The notes below the pieces were generated by a model, which was not told where the DNA came from, made no database searches, and worked only from the letters and a program-made list of their open reading frames with translations. Below, piece after piece: positions 16,849 through 26,825 of a stretch of 64,000 nt of DNA. The DNA is from an uncultured Gammaproteobacteria bacterium (GTDB lineage Bacteria; Patescibacteriota; Microgenomatia; UBA1406; GWC2-37-13), in the NCBI GenBank assembly GCA_964356745.1, contig CAYHIW010000001.1:8966-72965 (forward strand), given 5' to 3'. Every line of letters starts with the position of its first letter. Within the stretch, counting starts at the first letter, position 1. A program made the position numbers and the translations under genes.

Positions 16849-18596
16849 TCAAGTCCTACTGAAAATATTTTTTTATTGACTAATACGTACGCTTTTGTTC
16901 CATTTACAATAAGATCATTGGCTTGGGTAAACACGGCCGACCCTACTTGACGCTCATAATCTCCGTCTTTGTTGATGATGTATATCGAACCTCTTTTCTT
17001 ATCCCATGCATAAACTTTTTCTTCTTCTTGTGAAGTAATTACTTTGTTTATGTACATATTTTTCTCAGGAAAAACAGGAGCAAATCCATCACGTAAACCA
17101 GACGTGTATTTTAAAACGCTCCCTCCATCGGTTATATAAACCGACCCGTCAATGGCAAATGACACCGCCTCCTGCAGCTCCAGTGGCGACTTAAAATAAG
17201 TAGATTTCTCAGAGAATCCATCCTCAACAGGAATATATTTATAAATCGCATTCTTTGAGGAGTCAAGTACGTAAAGATTATTGTTGAAATTATTCATACC
17301 ACTAATCACACCCCAGTCTTTATCGTTTTCAATTACCTTCTTAATTTTTCCGTCTGTTCCCACCTTAAAAATGCCGGTATTTTTTTTATGGAAAAAAATC
17401 TCATCGTTTTGCACGGAAATCGATTGAATTTGATCTGCATTTCCTACTTCATAGCTTTCAAACGATTTTTTTTCTAATGAAAAAGCATATACGGCACCAT
17501 TTGCATCAAGAATTGCACTTGAAACACCGTCATTTGCAAAGAGTACACCTTTGGCGCTTTTATTCTCCAAGGATAGATCGTAAAACTCTTGATGTGATTT
17601 TTTTTCTTTTTTGAGCATCGCTCCTTCTTTTTCTTGAATCAGCGCTTCAAGTTTTTTGAATTCAGACGTACTACTTGATTTAACATCTTCTCTGAGTTTT
17701 AACAAATCTTTTTTTGCATCGTTAATAAGAGCGGTAGCACGAGCTTGATTAAGAAAAGCGACTTCTTCAGCCTGTTGTAACTTACCTGTAATCAGCTCAG
17801 TTGCATACGCAATTTTCTTCTGGTCGCTCTCTGATGATTTGCGCAAGTACCCCAAACCAGTACTCCAAAAAAACACCATTATCAAAAAACCAACGATGAC
17901 AAAAGTTACCGCTTTCTTTTTGTTCGAAAAAATAACGGCTAATTTTGATTTAATTTTGAGAACTATCGAATGCATCGACTCAACAAATTGAGGTTTACTG
18001 ACAAATTCCGCAACTTCTTGCTCTTGAACAACCTCCTCTTGGGAAAATAAAAGCGCAAGTGCAATCAGATCTGTATCATCACCTTCTTTTAATCTTGGTG
18101 TTATTGCGTCGATAATCATTGCGCTATCTCCACGATTAAGAAGTGATATAAATTCGTGCTCATCATGAAAATGTGAAACAAGTTTTTGTGTCGTAAGAAA
18201 TACAAAGTCATTGTCTTCAATATATCCCGTTGCTCCTTTGGTTCCGGTAATTACCTTGGCGGTCTGACCAGAACGCTTAATATAAATCACACCTATATTG
18301 TCTGTATGAATGAGGAGTCTCCCGTCAGTTGTTCTAAAGCATAAAGCAAGAGAGAAGCTAAGAGGTATGTTGTATTCTTTAATCTCACTTGTCACGATGT
18401 TTTCTAGTTCTGCGAGAGTATTAGGTAGTTTTTCGTTGACAAGAAACGCTAATTTTTTGAGTATTTCTCTTCCTCGATCGTGTTCTAGTCCGCTCTCACA
18501 ATCAAGAATACATGAAAAACGTTCTTCTGAAATAAATCCGGCAAAACCCGTTTCGCTTTCGGCTCCGAGATAGACGTGAAACTGGGATGTAAACAT
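16845..18596 (-). CDS. hypothetical single-pass membrane protein (cytoplasmic N-domain, TM, coiled coil, repeat-rich C-domain)
   Basis: 583-aa ORF with a central TM (VTFVIVGFLIMVFFW). The C-terminal half has beta-propeller-like periodicity (inference). Confidence 0.75.
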   Translation of the reverse strand: MFTSQFHVYLGAESETGFAGFISEERFSCILDCESGLEHDRGREILKKLAFLVNEKLPNTLAELENIVTSEIKEYNIPLSFSLALCFRTTDGRLLIHTDNIGVIYIKRSGQTAKVITGTKGATGYIEDNDFVFLTTQKLVSHFHDEHEFISLLNRGDSAMIIDAITPRLKEGDDTDLIALALLFSQEEVVQEQEVAEFVSKPQFVESMHSIVLKIKSKLAVIFSNKKKAVTFVIVGFLIMVFFWSTGLGYLRKSSESDQKKIAYATELITGKLQQAEEVAFLNQARATALINDAKKDLLKLREDVKSSSTSEFKKLEALIQEKEGAMLKKEKKSHQEFYDLSLENKSAKGVLFANDGVSSAILDANGAVYAFSLEKKSFESYEVGNADQIQSISVQNDEIFFHKKNTGIFKVGTDGKIKKVIENDKDWGVISGMNNFNNNLYVLDSSKNAIYKYIPVEDGFSEKSTYFKSPLELQEAVSFAIDGSVYITDGGSVLKYTSGLRDGFAPVFPEKNMYINKVITSQEEEKVYAWDKKRGSIYIINKDGDYERQVGSAVFTQANDLIVNGTKAYVLVNKKIFSVGLD

Positions 18597-18610
18597 AACT
18601 CCTTCTTACA

Positions 18611-18850
18611 TCATAGCAAAAACGTCGATGCAAGAAGCGCAAGCGCAAGGATAAGCTGTAGACGTGAAATAAGAAGAATAACATTATTTACCATTTCTTC
18701 TTCCATGACTGATCGTATCATCACTCTCGTTTGTCTTAAAATCACAATTGAGTAGATTAAATAAATGACGGCAAACACTGTCGCAAATGCCCTAAAGAAA
18801 AAGTTTGAAATTGAAATGGTTTGTGGGAGTAACCCAAAAAGATCTGTCAT
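18611..18850 (-). CDS. small membrane protein (79 aa)
   Basis: Two hydrophobic helices. ATGA overlap with the upstream gene suggests coupling. Confidence 0.55.
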   Translation of the reverse strand: MTDLFGLLPQTISISNFFFRAFATVFAVIYLIYSIVILRQTRVMIRSVMEEEMVNNVILLISRLQLILALALLASTFLL

Positions 18851-19401
18851 GATTTTTCAATAACTTCATTAATCATTCGAACAACGTCTGTTGGACGAGG
18901 AATATTGACAAACTCGATATTCACTTCTGATCCCGCTGTCTGAACAAATACATTTCCAAAATTAAAAAGTGATGCAAAATAACCGCCGGACTTTGACGTA
19001 ACGTCTTCTACTTTGATAAGGCGCGCTTCGGTAAATTCTTTGTAAATAATTGCATGGAAGTCAAGATCAACAATTCGTCTATTGGTAATAATACCGAGAT
19101 TAAAATAGTACCCAAGAAAATTAAGCCAAAGATACGCCAGAATAAAAACCACTGTCATTCCGTTTAGGAATAAAATTTGTTGTTGAGTAAGGATGGTTGG
19201 AAGAAAGGTAGCGTTAACAAAAACCGAAATAACAACGAGAAAGAGAGCGTTTACCACCCAGTATAATTGTGTGATTGGGTGTGCGCGAACCATAAGGACT
19301 ATCTCCTCGTCTTTATCTTTGGTCTCAAAGTCCAACGCAGGATAGAGACAAAAAGAATGAAAAAGTTTATGACTGGTTGCATGCTCATCCATGTTCCCCA
19401 T
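18847..19401 (-). CDS. membrane protein with bacterial PH (YdbS/YdbT-like) domain
   Basis: Two TM helices followed by a roughly 80-aa domain. Family assignment from pattern memory only. Confidence 0.55.
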   Translation of the reverse strand: MGNMDEHATSHKLFHSFCLYPALDFETKDKDEEIVLMVRAHPITQLYWVVNALFLVVISVFVNATFLPTILTQQQILFLNGMTVVFILAYLWLNFLGYYFNLGIITNRRIVDLDFHAIIYKEFTEARLIKVEDVTSKSGGYFASLFNFGNVFVQTAGSEVNIEFVNIPRPTDVVRMINEVIEKS

Positions 19402-19413
19402 TATACAAAAATA

Positions 19414-19422
19414 TGTTATACT
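19414..19422 (+). promoter_or_regulatory. extended -10 (TGtTATACT) 7 nt upstream of the 5S 5' end
   Basis: Read directly. Confidence 0.4.
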
Positions 19423-19429
19423 ATTGGCT

Positions 19430-19548
19430 CCTGGTTACTGGAGCGGTTTGGTACCACCTCTTCCCATCCCGAACAGAGAAGTGAAACAAACCAGCGCCGA
19501 TGATACTCACTCCAAAGCGGGGCTCGGGGAAAGTAGGTCGTAGCCAGG
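19430..19548 (+). rRNA. rrf: 5S ribosomal RNA, stand-alone
   Basis: CCTGGTTAC...GTAGCCAGG forms helix I. Internal CCCATCCCGAACAGAGAAGTGAAAC and GGGAAAGTAGGTCG match the 5S consensus. Followed by T7. No 16S or 23S in the window. Confidence 0.9.
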
Positions 19549-19553
19549 TTTTT

Positions 19554-20129
19554 TTATGGAGTTTTTTTGTTACGAAACAGAACTTCCTTGGGGACTTCAA
19601 ATACTTTCACATTTTGTACCTTTTCTTCTTTACACGTTTTAAGAAACGTTTGAATACTTACCTTTGATCCCATGAAGCCGGTTTGCTTTGTAAACTCAAG
19701 AGCCGTATCGATCATAGCATCAGTACTCATAAGTCCCATCCGAGATATCGTTTCCATGGTGGAAATGTATCCGCTTAAACCACATGTCTTCTCGCCCGAA
19801 AAAGATCCTTTTTTCCACGAATAAAGACAATCTCCTGAAAGGAGTTGTATGGTAGACCCATTTTTATTTTGAGAAATAAGATGTAATTTTTTATTTTTTA
19901 TATACGCCGTTTTTTCCTTATTTTGACAAACATATTCTTTATTGAGATCTATTTGAACAGTAGTTCCGGGTGTAACTGATACCGATTGCTTTGTGGGTTG
20001 TACTTGAGGTAACGCCGGCTGTTTGAATTCTTGTTTTAGCAAAAGCGCGATAATAATCGCAACAATAGGAATTACGATAACGAGCTTTGAAATAAGATGC
20101 ATGAAGTCGAACTGTTCCTCAGGCTTCAT
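19554..20129 (-). CDS. membrane-anchored secreted hypothetical protein
   Basis: ATG at 20129 preceded by GGAGAGG. N-terminal TM. C-terminal C-K-x8-F-x-VP-x2-V-x-F pattern shared with 26166-26792. Confidence 0.7.
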   Translation of the reverse strand: MKPEEQFDFMHLISKLVIVIPIVAIIIALLLKQEFKQPALPQVQPTKQSVSVTPGTTVQIDLNKEYVCQNKEKTAYIKNKKLHLISQNKNGSTIQLLSGDCLYSWKKGSFSGEKTCGLSGYISTMETISRMGLMSTDAMIDTALEFTKQTGFMGSKVSIQTFLKTCKEEKVQNVKVFEVPKEVLFRNKKTP

Positions 20130-21231
20130 TTTGTTCCTCTCCAGAATCGAGTAATTCCAGTTGGTTAGATTCATCCATCTTGCTTCCTGTTATTGACTCA
20201 AGCTCTCCTTTGAGACTTTCATTATTCGTAAGAAGCGAAGTGATCGTCTTTTCTTCACGAGCCCATTTTTTGGTAAACCATTTCTTTTCAATTTCAATTT
20301 CTTCTCTTCTTGATTTAAATGCCTCTGAAATCGCTTCAACACGATTTCTAAACTCAATCCCTTGAATGTAATCGAATAACATATCTTTTCTTTCGGTAGT
20401 AATTCCTGAGCCAGATTTTGCAATCGCAACCTCCAACAACATCGATCTTAAGACTGTTGCGATTCCGATAATCGACTGATAATCTGAGACCCATATTCCT
20501 TCATGACTACCAAAATTCTTCATATTGTTTGGGAGCACATCACTCACTAATACTGCCAAATCTGCCTTAACACTTCTCTTATCTGATTTTAATTTAGTCA
20601 CCCACTCATTACTCCATGCTTTAGTACGTTTAGATTCCCAGATGATTTTACCCGCTACGTTTCCATGTCTATTCTGTACAACTTGTATAATATCTGCACC
20701 GCGAATACCCTTTGGAACCGGTTCGATACTATCAAATACAAACATTGCTCGAAGTGTTTGTTCAAGATGCTCTTCTAAAACTTCTCCCTGTGTTTGTTGG
20801 GATCCTTGTTGTAGTTTGCGCTGCATTTCTTCCAACGCCTTCGCCTGTTCTTGAATCTTCTTCTCTTTTTCCAGATCTTTTAATCTGTGCGCCTCTTCGA
20901 CTTCGTTTTGCGCTCGCTCTTTAATCCGCTGCCTTTCCTCATCCATTTGTCGTTTGACCTTAAGCTCTATTTCTTTTTTTTCTTCTTCAATTTTTTCTTT
21001 TTCCTCAAGAAGCTTTAACTCTCGCTCTCTCATCTCGTCTGCTTTGGCTTCTTTGTCTTTAAGAAGTTTCTTAAGATTTGTTACTTCATCCGACTGCTTT
21101 TCTTCAAATTCTTTTTTTACTTCGGCAACTGCGCGTTCTTTTGCTTCGTCGATCTGATGCGAGAACGCCTGACTGGCAGGGAACGATTTTTTACAATGGG
21201 GGCAGGCTATTAAAGACTGAGTATCAGACAT
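20119..21231 (-). CDS. DUF2130-like protein (CxxC N-terminus, long coiled coil, conserved C-domain)
   Basis: ACPHCKK, about 140 aa of E/K-rich coiled coil, then GADIIQVV...IIWESKRTKAWSNEW. Family name from memory. Confidence 0.6.
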   Translation of the reverse strand: MSDTQSLIACPHCKKSFPASQAFSHQIDEAKERAVAEVKKEFEEKQSDEVTNLKKLLKDKEAKADEMRERELKLLEEKEKIEEEKKEIELKVKRQMDEERQRIKERAQNEVEEAHRLKDLEKEKKIQEQAKALEEMQRKLQQGSQQTQGEVLEEHLEQTLRAMFVFDSIEPVPKGIRGADIIQVVQNRHGNVAGKIIWESKRTKAWSNEWVTKLKSDKRSVKADLAVLVSDVLPNNMKNFGSHEGIWVSDYQSIIGIATVLRSMLLEVAIAKSGSGITTERKDMLFDYIQGIEFRNRVEAISEAFKSRREEIEIEKKWFTKKWAREEKTITSLLTNNESLKGELESITGSKMDESNQLELLDSGEEQNEA

Positions 21232-21258
21232 ACAGACAATATTGTACTATATATACCT

Positions 21259-22881
21259 ATGCGACGATATTTTTACATAGGTGTACTTTCGTACACTACG
21301 ATCGTCATGGTTTTTTTTGCCGCTTTTGTTTCTACGGGTTTTTTGCTTTATTACTCATCGCGCAAACTTCAAGCATTTGATTTTGCAAAAAGCGCCCCAT
21401 TCAACAAATCTGCACAATTTACGTACAACACTTCTCGCATACTTGCTCCTTTGGTAAAACCACTTTTGATTATCACCAATACGAATACTGTTATTGAACG
21501 AGGTTTGGATATTGAAAAAAATACAATTAATACCATTGAGTCTGCTGTGATACTTGCAGAACAAATCAAAAGTAAAAAAAATGTCGTCAAACAAATTGAG
21601 AAGACAAGCTACCAGCTATCCCAATTGCACGAATCAATTCCCTCTTCAATTACCCAACTCACGTCTACAAAAGAAGAGATTAAAAAAGCACTTTTACTTC
21701 TTGATGGACTTCGCATTTTTTATCAAAACTCAGACGGTGAATATCTTGTATTTTTTTTAAATGACCGTGAACTGAGACCTGGTGGGGGATTTATCGGATC
21801 GATTGGTTGGCTTTCTCTCAATAATTTAGAAATTGACTCGCTTAACGTCGAAGATGCGTATGAAATCGACGGTAAACTTCAGACACACCACGAACCCCCT
21901 TATCCTGTACGAACCTATCTTGAACTTCCTAACTGGTATTTACGTGATTCCAACTTTTCACCTGACTTTGTAGAAAATGTTAGAGTTGCCGAAACGTTTT
22001 TGGAAGATTCGATTGGTAAAAGGTCGTATAAAGGAAGCATTGGACTTACAACTCATGCGGTACTTGGAATACTTGACACAATTGGTCCCGTCTATGTACC
22101 CGATTACAAACTAACTATCACAAAAGATAATTTTTACGAGACAACTCAGCGCATGGTGGAGAGAAATTTTTTTCCAGGGTCAAGACAAAAACGCAATTTC
22201 CTATCTTCCCTTACAACTGCGATCCGGTTAAAACTGGAGGATCAAGAATTGTTACAAAAAAAACTTCTCGTATCGATTATTCGTTCTCTTGATACCAAAC
22301 ACATTATCGTTTCATCCAAACAAAAAGCATTACATAAAACATTGGCAACACTCGGGTGGACCGGAGAAGTAGCCAAACCAGTTTTTGACTATATCTATCC
22401 AGTCGACGCAAATGTTGGCGCAAATAAAGTAAACACCTATATTAAACGTAAGTTTCAATCAAACATTACATTTACCAAAACTCACGTAGCTCATACCTTC
22501 TCTATTCGTTATAAAAACGACTCACCAATCGCACCTAACCCAGGTGAAACGTACAAAAACTATCTTCAGATATATCTCGCAAAAAATGCGGACGTCTCCT
22601 CTGTTTCGGTTAATGGCAATCCTGTTGAAGTACAAAGGAATAATTTGAATCAACATAAAATTGTTGGATTGTATCTGGAGGTAGAACCACAAAAGGAATC
22701 CATCATATCGCTAACGTACAAACTTCCCCTCTCACCAAATAAACAAAAGAAGTATCAATTAATCGTGCAAAAACAAATTGGATCAACCAATAATGAATAT
22801 GAATTAAAAGTTAAAAATAATTCCTACTCACTCACAACACCCTTAGAAAAAGATTTCTTATTTTCATTCGATATAATGTAG
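21259..22881 (+). CDS. DUF4012 domain membrane-anchored protein
   Basis: N-terminal TM and the hallmark LRPGGGFIGS motif. Confidence 0.75.
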   Translation: MRRYFYIGVLSYTTIVMVFFAAFVSTGFLLYYSSRKLQAFDFAKSAPFNKSAQFTYNTSRILAPLVKPLLIITNTNTVIERGLDIEKNTINTIESAVILAEQIKSKKNVVKQIEKTSYQLSQLHESIPSSITQLTSTKEEIKKALLLLDGLRIFYQNSDGEYLVFFLNDRELRPGGGFIGSIGWLSLNNLEIDSLNVEDAYEIDGKLQTHHEPPYPVRTYLELPNWYLRDSNFSPDFVENVRVAETFLEDSIGKRSYKGSIGLTTHAVLGILDTIGPVYVPDYKLTITKDNFYETTQRMVERNFFPGSRQKRNFLSSLTTAIRLKLEDQELLQKKLLVSIIRSLDTKHIIVSSKQKALHKTLATLGWTGEVAKPVFDYIYPVDANVGANKVNTYIKRKFQSNITFTKTHVAHTFSIRYKNDSPIAPNPGETYKNYLQIYLAKNADVSSVSVNGNPVEVQRNNLNQHKIVGLYLEVEPQKESIISLTYKLPLSPNKQKKYQLIVQKQIGSTNNEYELKVKNNSYSLTTPLEKDFLFSFDIM

Positions 22882-22883
22882 AT

Positions 22884-23864
22884 ATGCGAATAAAAACTCC
22901 TATCAAGTATCTCGTACTTTTTGTGTCTATCGTGCTTATTCTACTAGTAATTAAAAATCAAAAAAAGAACGTAGAGAATGTAAAAACATCCACCAGCACA
23001 GGTGAGACAATCATTTTTGATTCAAAGAGGAATGCACAAAATTTTGAGATATATATACGATCCCCAGGTGAGACCCAACCAAAACAAATAACCAACAACT
23101 CTTCTTATGATAGTTGGTGGGCAAAAATATCTCCTGATAAAATAAGGGTTTTGTTTTACAGAACGCCTGTTGGAATACATGACCGAGATTATAGTCAAAC
23201 ATCACTTTGGATGATGAATATTGACGGAAGTAACCAACGAATGCTTTTACCACAACACGCTTTTGGATGGGATTTACATGGACATGCGGAATGGTCTCCT
23301 GACGGATCAATGCTTATTATGTTTGGTGGTAAAAAACTTAGTCCTCAGATCTTCATCACTGATAATGAAGGTAAGAATCCAAAACAACTAACCTACAGAC
23401 CCGGTCAGAATCTAGATCCAAGCTGGTCGCCTGACGGAAAGAGCATTACGTTTGTTGCCTGTCTAAATGCAATTTGTTTCCCAAGTGATTATGAAATTTT
23501 TACCATGGACAATAATGGACAGAATCAAATGAGAATAACTGATGATAAACTAAGAGATCACGATCCGTATTATTCTCCTGACGGACAAACAATTGCTTGG
23601 ATTACAAAAACAAGTAACAAAAACATAATTGGAGTCTGGAACATTCGATCAAAAAATATAAATACTCAAATAATCGCCAACGTTACGAATGACGACGCTA
23701 TAAATAGCAAACCCGATTGGAGTCCAGATGGATCTCGCATTTACTTTCACCGATTGACGCCAGGAAAAAATCGATTTAATATTTTTTCGGTTAGACCGGA
23801 TGGCACCGAGTTACAGGAAATCTTTTCAGACCAATATAATAATGAGTATCCTCAAGCAGAATAA
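22884..23864 (+). CDS. TolB-like PD40/WD40-like beta-propeller protein, membrane anchored
   Basis: Repeated SPDG motifs (WSPDGSMLIMF, WSPDGKSITF, YSPDGQTIAW, WSPDGSRIYF). N-terminal TM. Confidence 0.8.
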   Translation: MRIKTPIKYLVLFVSIVLILLVIKNQKKNVENVKTSTSTGETIIFDSKRNAQNFEIYIRSPGETQPKQITNNSSYDSWWAKISPDKIRVLFYRTPVGIHDRDYSQTSLWMMNIDGSNQRMLLPQHAFGWDLHGHAEWSPDGSMLIMFGGKKLSPQIFITDNEGKNPKQLTYRPGQNLDPSWSPDGKSITFVACLNAICFPSDYEIFTMDNNGQNQMRITDDKLRDHDPYYSPDGQTIAWITKTSNKNIIGVWNIRSKNINTQIIANVTNDDAINSKPDWSPDGSRIYFHRLTPGKNRFNIFSVRPDGTELQEIFSDQYNNEYPQAE

Positions 23865-24900
23865 ACTCTACTTTTTCATCCCTCTTCTCATACTTCTTTT
23901 TGTCATCGTTAGTGCTTTTATTAAAAAAAGTCCAATCAAACTTTCTAATGAAACAGATGTGACCGAAGACGATGAACAAATAAATGCTATTCTTGAAAAT
24001 CCGCTTTCCATAACACGTATGAGAAGTCAGGAATATCCGGGAAGTGATTTGATAGTCGAAGGACAATTATCGCCTGGTTCAAATTACAGTCAGTTCGTCG
24101 TATCTTATTTGTCAGAAGGTAATAAAATTTACGCCCTTCTTACTGTTCCAAAAGAAAATGGGCATGCCTCGCCGACAGGCGGGTTTCCGGCTATCGTGTT
24201 TAATCATGGCTACATTCCCCCACAACAGTATGAGACTACCGAACGATATGTCGCGTATGTTGATTCGTTTGCTCGAAATGGATACGTTGTTTTGAAACCA
24301 GATTACCGAGGACATGGAAATTCTGAAGGAGAAGCGTCTGGGGGATATGGATCACCTAACTATACTATTGATGTTTTAAATGCAGTATCGTCTTTAAAAA
24401 GACATAAAAGTGTTGATCCGAATCGATTAGGCATGTGGGGCCATTCAATGGGTGGACATATAACGCTCAGGTCTATGGTGGTCACAAAAGATATCAAAGC
24501 TGGAGTAATCTGGGCGGGAGTCGTTGCGTCGTACCCGGATCTTTTAACAAACTGGCGAAGAGGATCATTTCCTCCCCCAACCTCAATTCCTCAAAGAGCA
24601 TTAAGTTGGCGGCAATTATTCTACGAAAAGTACGGAAGTCCTTCGGCAAATCCTACGTTTTGGAATGAAATTTCTCCTAATAATTTTTTGAGTGATATTT
24701 CTGGTCCAATACAGATTCACCATGGAACTGCAGACGCATCGGTACCAGTAGGATTTTCTAGAAAACTAGACGCTCAGTTGAAAACAGTTGGTAAACCATC
24801 TCAACTTTTTATCTATGAGGGAGACGATCATAATTTAGCGGATAATTTTTCTCTCGCAATGAAGAGATCGGTTGAGTTTTTTGACCAGTATTTAAAGTAG
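23842..24900 (+). CDS. alpha/beta hydrolase, S9 peptidase/dienelactone hydrolase-like, membrane anchored
   Basis: GMWGHSMGG nucleophile elbow, and downstream D and H (GDDHNL). ATG at 23842 chosen. Overlaps the propeller gene by 23 nt. Confidence 0.8.
   Translation: MSILKQNKLYFFIPLLILLFVIVSAFIKKSPIKLSNETDVTEDDEQINAILENPLSITRMRSQEYPGSDLIVEGQLSPGSNYSQFVVSYLSEGNKIYALLTVPKENGHASPTGGFPAIVFNHGYIPPQQYETTERYVAYVDSFARNGYVVLKPDYRGHGNSEGEASGGYGSPNYTIDVLNAVSSLKRHKSVDPNRLGMWGHSMGGHITLRSMVVTKDIKAGVIWAGVVASYPDLLTNWRRGSFPPPTSIPQRALSWRQLFYEKYGSPSANPTFWNEISPNNFLSDISGPIQIHHGTADASVPVGFSRKLDAQLKTVGKPSQLFIYEGDDHNLADNFSLAMKRSVEFFDQYLK
24166..24185. repeat. GC-rich palindromic element copy 2 (GCCTCGCCGACAGGCGGGTT)
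   Basis: 17/20 identical to 9594-9613. Encodes ASPTGGF. Confidence 0.8.
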
Positions 24901-24904
24901 GTAG

Positions 24905-26077
24905 TTAAACGAATGTGAGAGCTTTTCCTTTTTGATTTGCACGACCTGTTCTTCCAATACGGTGTACATAGTCATCGTATGACGCAGGTTGGTCGTAGTT
25001 GATGACGTGAGTAATATCTGGAATATCTAAGCCTCGAGCAGCAACATCGGTTGCAACAAGAATGCGAACTTTATCCTCTTTAAATAATCGTATCGCTTCT
25101 CTTCGGTTGTACTGAGTCTTGTCTCCATGAATAGATGCGACTTGAAACCCTTTTTCATATAATGATTGTGATAGTCGCTCTACTCCTCTTTTCGTTTCTC
25201 CGAAAATAAGAACTTTTTTGAACTCGTCTTTTTTAAGGAGATCTTCGAGTACGATTATTTTACTCGTTCCATTGATTCGTACAACATCTTGGTCAACATT
25301 TGCCGAACTTTCTCGCGTTTTAACCGATATTGTTATAGGATTTTTAAGAAATTCTTGAATAATAATATTGATTTTTGGCGAAACGGTTGCTGAGAAAAAG
25401 AGAGACTGTCTTTCTTTTGGAAGAAGTGAGATGAGATGCTTAATGTCAACAATAAATCCCATGTCGACCATACGATCAACTTCATCTAACACAACAGTAT
25501 TAAACTGAGCTAAATTAAGAGCTCCTCTTTTAACAAGATCCTTCATACGACCTGGTGTCCCAATGACAAAATGAGGTTTTCTTCGAAGTTCAATCAGTTG
25601 ATTACGAATGCTTGCTCCTCCAATAATTAAAGTTGAGTAAACACTCATACCACGGGTAAGATGACGAAGTTCATCTCTGATTTGTTGACCCAGTTCGCGA
25701 GTAGGAAGTACTATAAATACCTTAGTTTGCGGATTTTGAATAATTTTTTGAATGAGCGGAATGAGGAATGCGGCAGTTTTTCCGGTACCTGTATTGGCTA
25801 TCCCAACAACGTCTTTGCCCTCCATAATGTGAGGAATAACCTTGTCCTGAATGGGAGTTGGTTGCGTATAACCCTTACTGACAATATTTGCTTTTAGTGT
25901 TGGGCTTATATCTAGTCCGTCAAACGTCAGTTGAGGCACGTATGCTTCAGCCTCAAGAACAATCTCTGATTTACGAATATATTGAGATTCATTGATCTTA
26001 GTTTTAAAAGACCCACGATTGCGCCTCGGGAAAGGTTTACGTGAAAATCGATTATTAGAATAGCGATTATATCTCAT
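24905..26077 (-). CDS. DEAD-box ATP-dependent RNA helicase (motif II = DEVD)
   Basis: PTPIQ, GTGKTAAF, VLDEVD, SAT, HRIGRTGRA. Confidence 0.9.
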   Translation of the reverse strand: MRYNRYSNNRFSRKPFPRRNRGSFKTKINESQYIRKSEIVLEAEAYVPQLTFDGLDISPTLKANIVSKGYTQPTPIQDKVIPHIMEGKDVVGIANTGTGKTAAFLIPLIQKIIQNPQTKVFIVLPTRELGQQIRDELRHLTRGMSVYSTLIIGGASIRNQLIELRRKPHFVIGTPGRMKDLVKRGALNLAQFNTVVLDEVDRMVDMGFIVDIKHLISLLPKERQSLFFSATVSPKINIIIQEFLKNPITISVKTRESSANVDQDVVRINGTSKIIVLEDLLKKDEFKKVLIFGETKRGVERLSQSLYEKGFQVASIHGDKTQYNRREAIRLFKEDKVRILVATDVAARGLDIPDITHVINYDQPASYDDYVHRIGRTGRANQKGKALTFV

Positions 26078-26165
26078 GTACTTTGTGGAATAGATCGTGC
26101 AGTTAGTTATTAATGAAGAACAGCAAAATCTATCAGAACAATCTTATTATATCACAGACGTTGCG

Positions 26166-26792
26166 TTATTGCGAGCTTGGAATCGTCACGCCAGCCGGAA
26201 GCTTGAAATCCTTCATCTGATTCTGTACATTTTCCATCACGACGCTCATGTCTTGAAACTTAACATTAGTAGGTACTGCAAATAACGAGTCATCAACTAT
26301 GCCTGTTTTACAGCTATTTTTATATTTTTCGTATGTTTTGGCGAGTTCGTCAGTGTTGGCTGGCTGCGTTTTTGGATTGTCTACTTCTACTTTTTCTGCC
26401 TGATCCTTCATGGCGTTTATATCGATAGAATACATTATGCCTGTCTTTTTTACATCACTCCACATATACATTTTAGTGTCTTTTGTTAGCGTGTTTGAAT
26501 AATCACTCGCACCCAGACCGGTCATCATCATACGTACAGCTCCTGCTTTTATGTACATTTTTGTCTCTTGTCCTTTCTCGTTTTTAAATGAACAGGTCAT
26601 GCTCGCTGTTTTCGAAAGAAGAGCGTCTTTAAAAGAAGTTAATGGGTTGCTGCTTTCTTCGACTTGTTGGTCGGTGTTTCCGGTTGATTCAGCATTTCCA
26701 GAAGGTTTGTTTTGATTCATGAAGTAATATCCACCACCAAGCAAACCCAGAACAATTAAAACAAGCACTATGCTCATTACTTTTTTAGACAT
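26166..26792 (-). CDS. membrane-anchored secreted hypothetical protein (paralog-like to 19554-20129)
   Basis: N-terminal TM. Shared C-terminal pattern NSCKTGIVDDSLFAVPTNVKF. Confidence 0.7.
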   Translation of the reverse strand: MSKKVMSIVLVLIVLGLLGGGYYFMNQNKPSGNAESTGNTDQQVEESSNPLTSFKDALLSKTASMTCSFKNEKGQETKMYIKAGAVRMMMTGLGASDYSNTLTKDTKMYMWSDVKKTGIMYSIDINAMKDQAEKVEVDNPKTQPANTDELAKTYEKYKNSCKTGIVDDSLFAVPTNVKFQDMSVVMENVQNQMKDFKLPAGVTIPSSQ

Positions 26793-26825
26793 ATACGCCA
26801 ACTATAAAACTCAATTTAAATAATG

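Noticed and set aside
20525-21380. Several 60-110 aa plus-strand ORFs (20525-20854, 20712-20924, 20954-21157, 21078-21380).
   Set aside because: They are antisense shadows of the low-complexity E/K coiled-coil region of the DUF2130-like gene. Their translations are Ser/Leu/Phe-rich with no start context.
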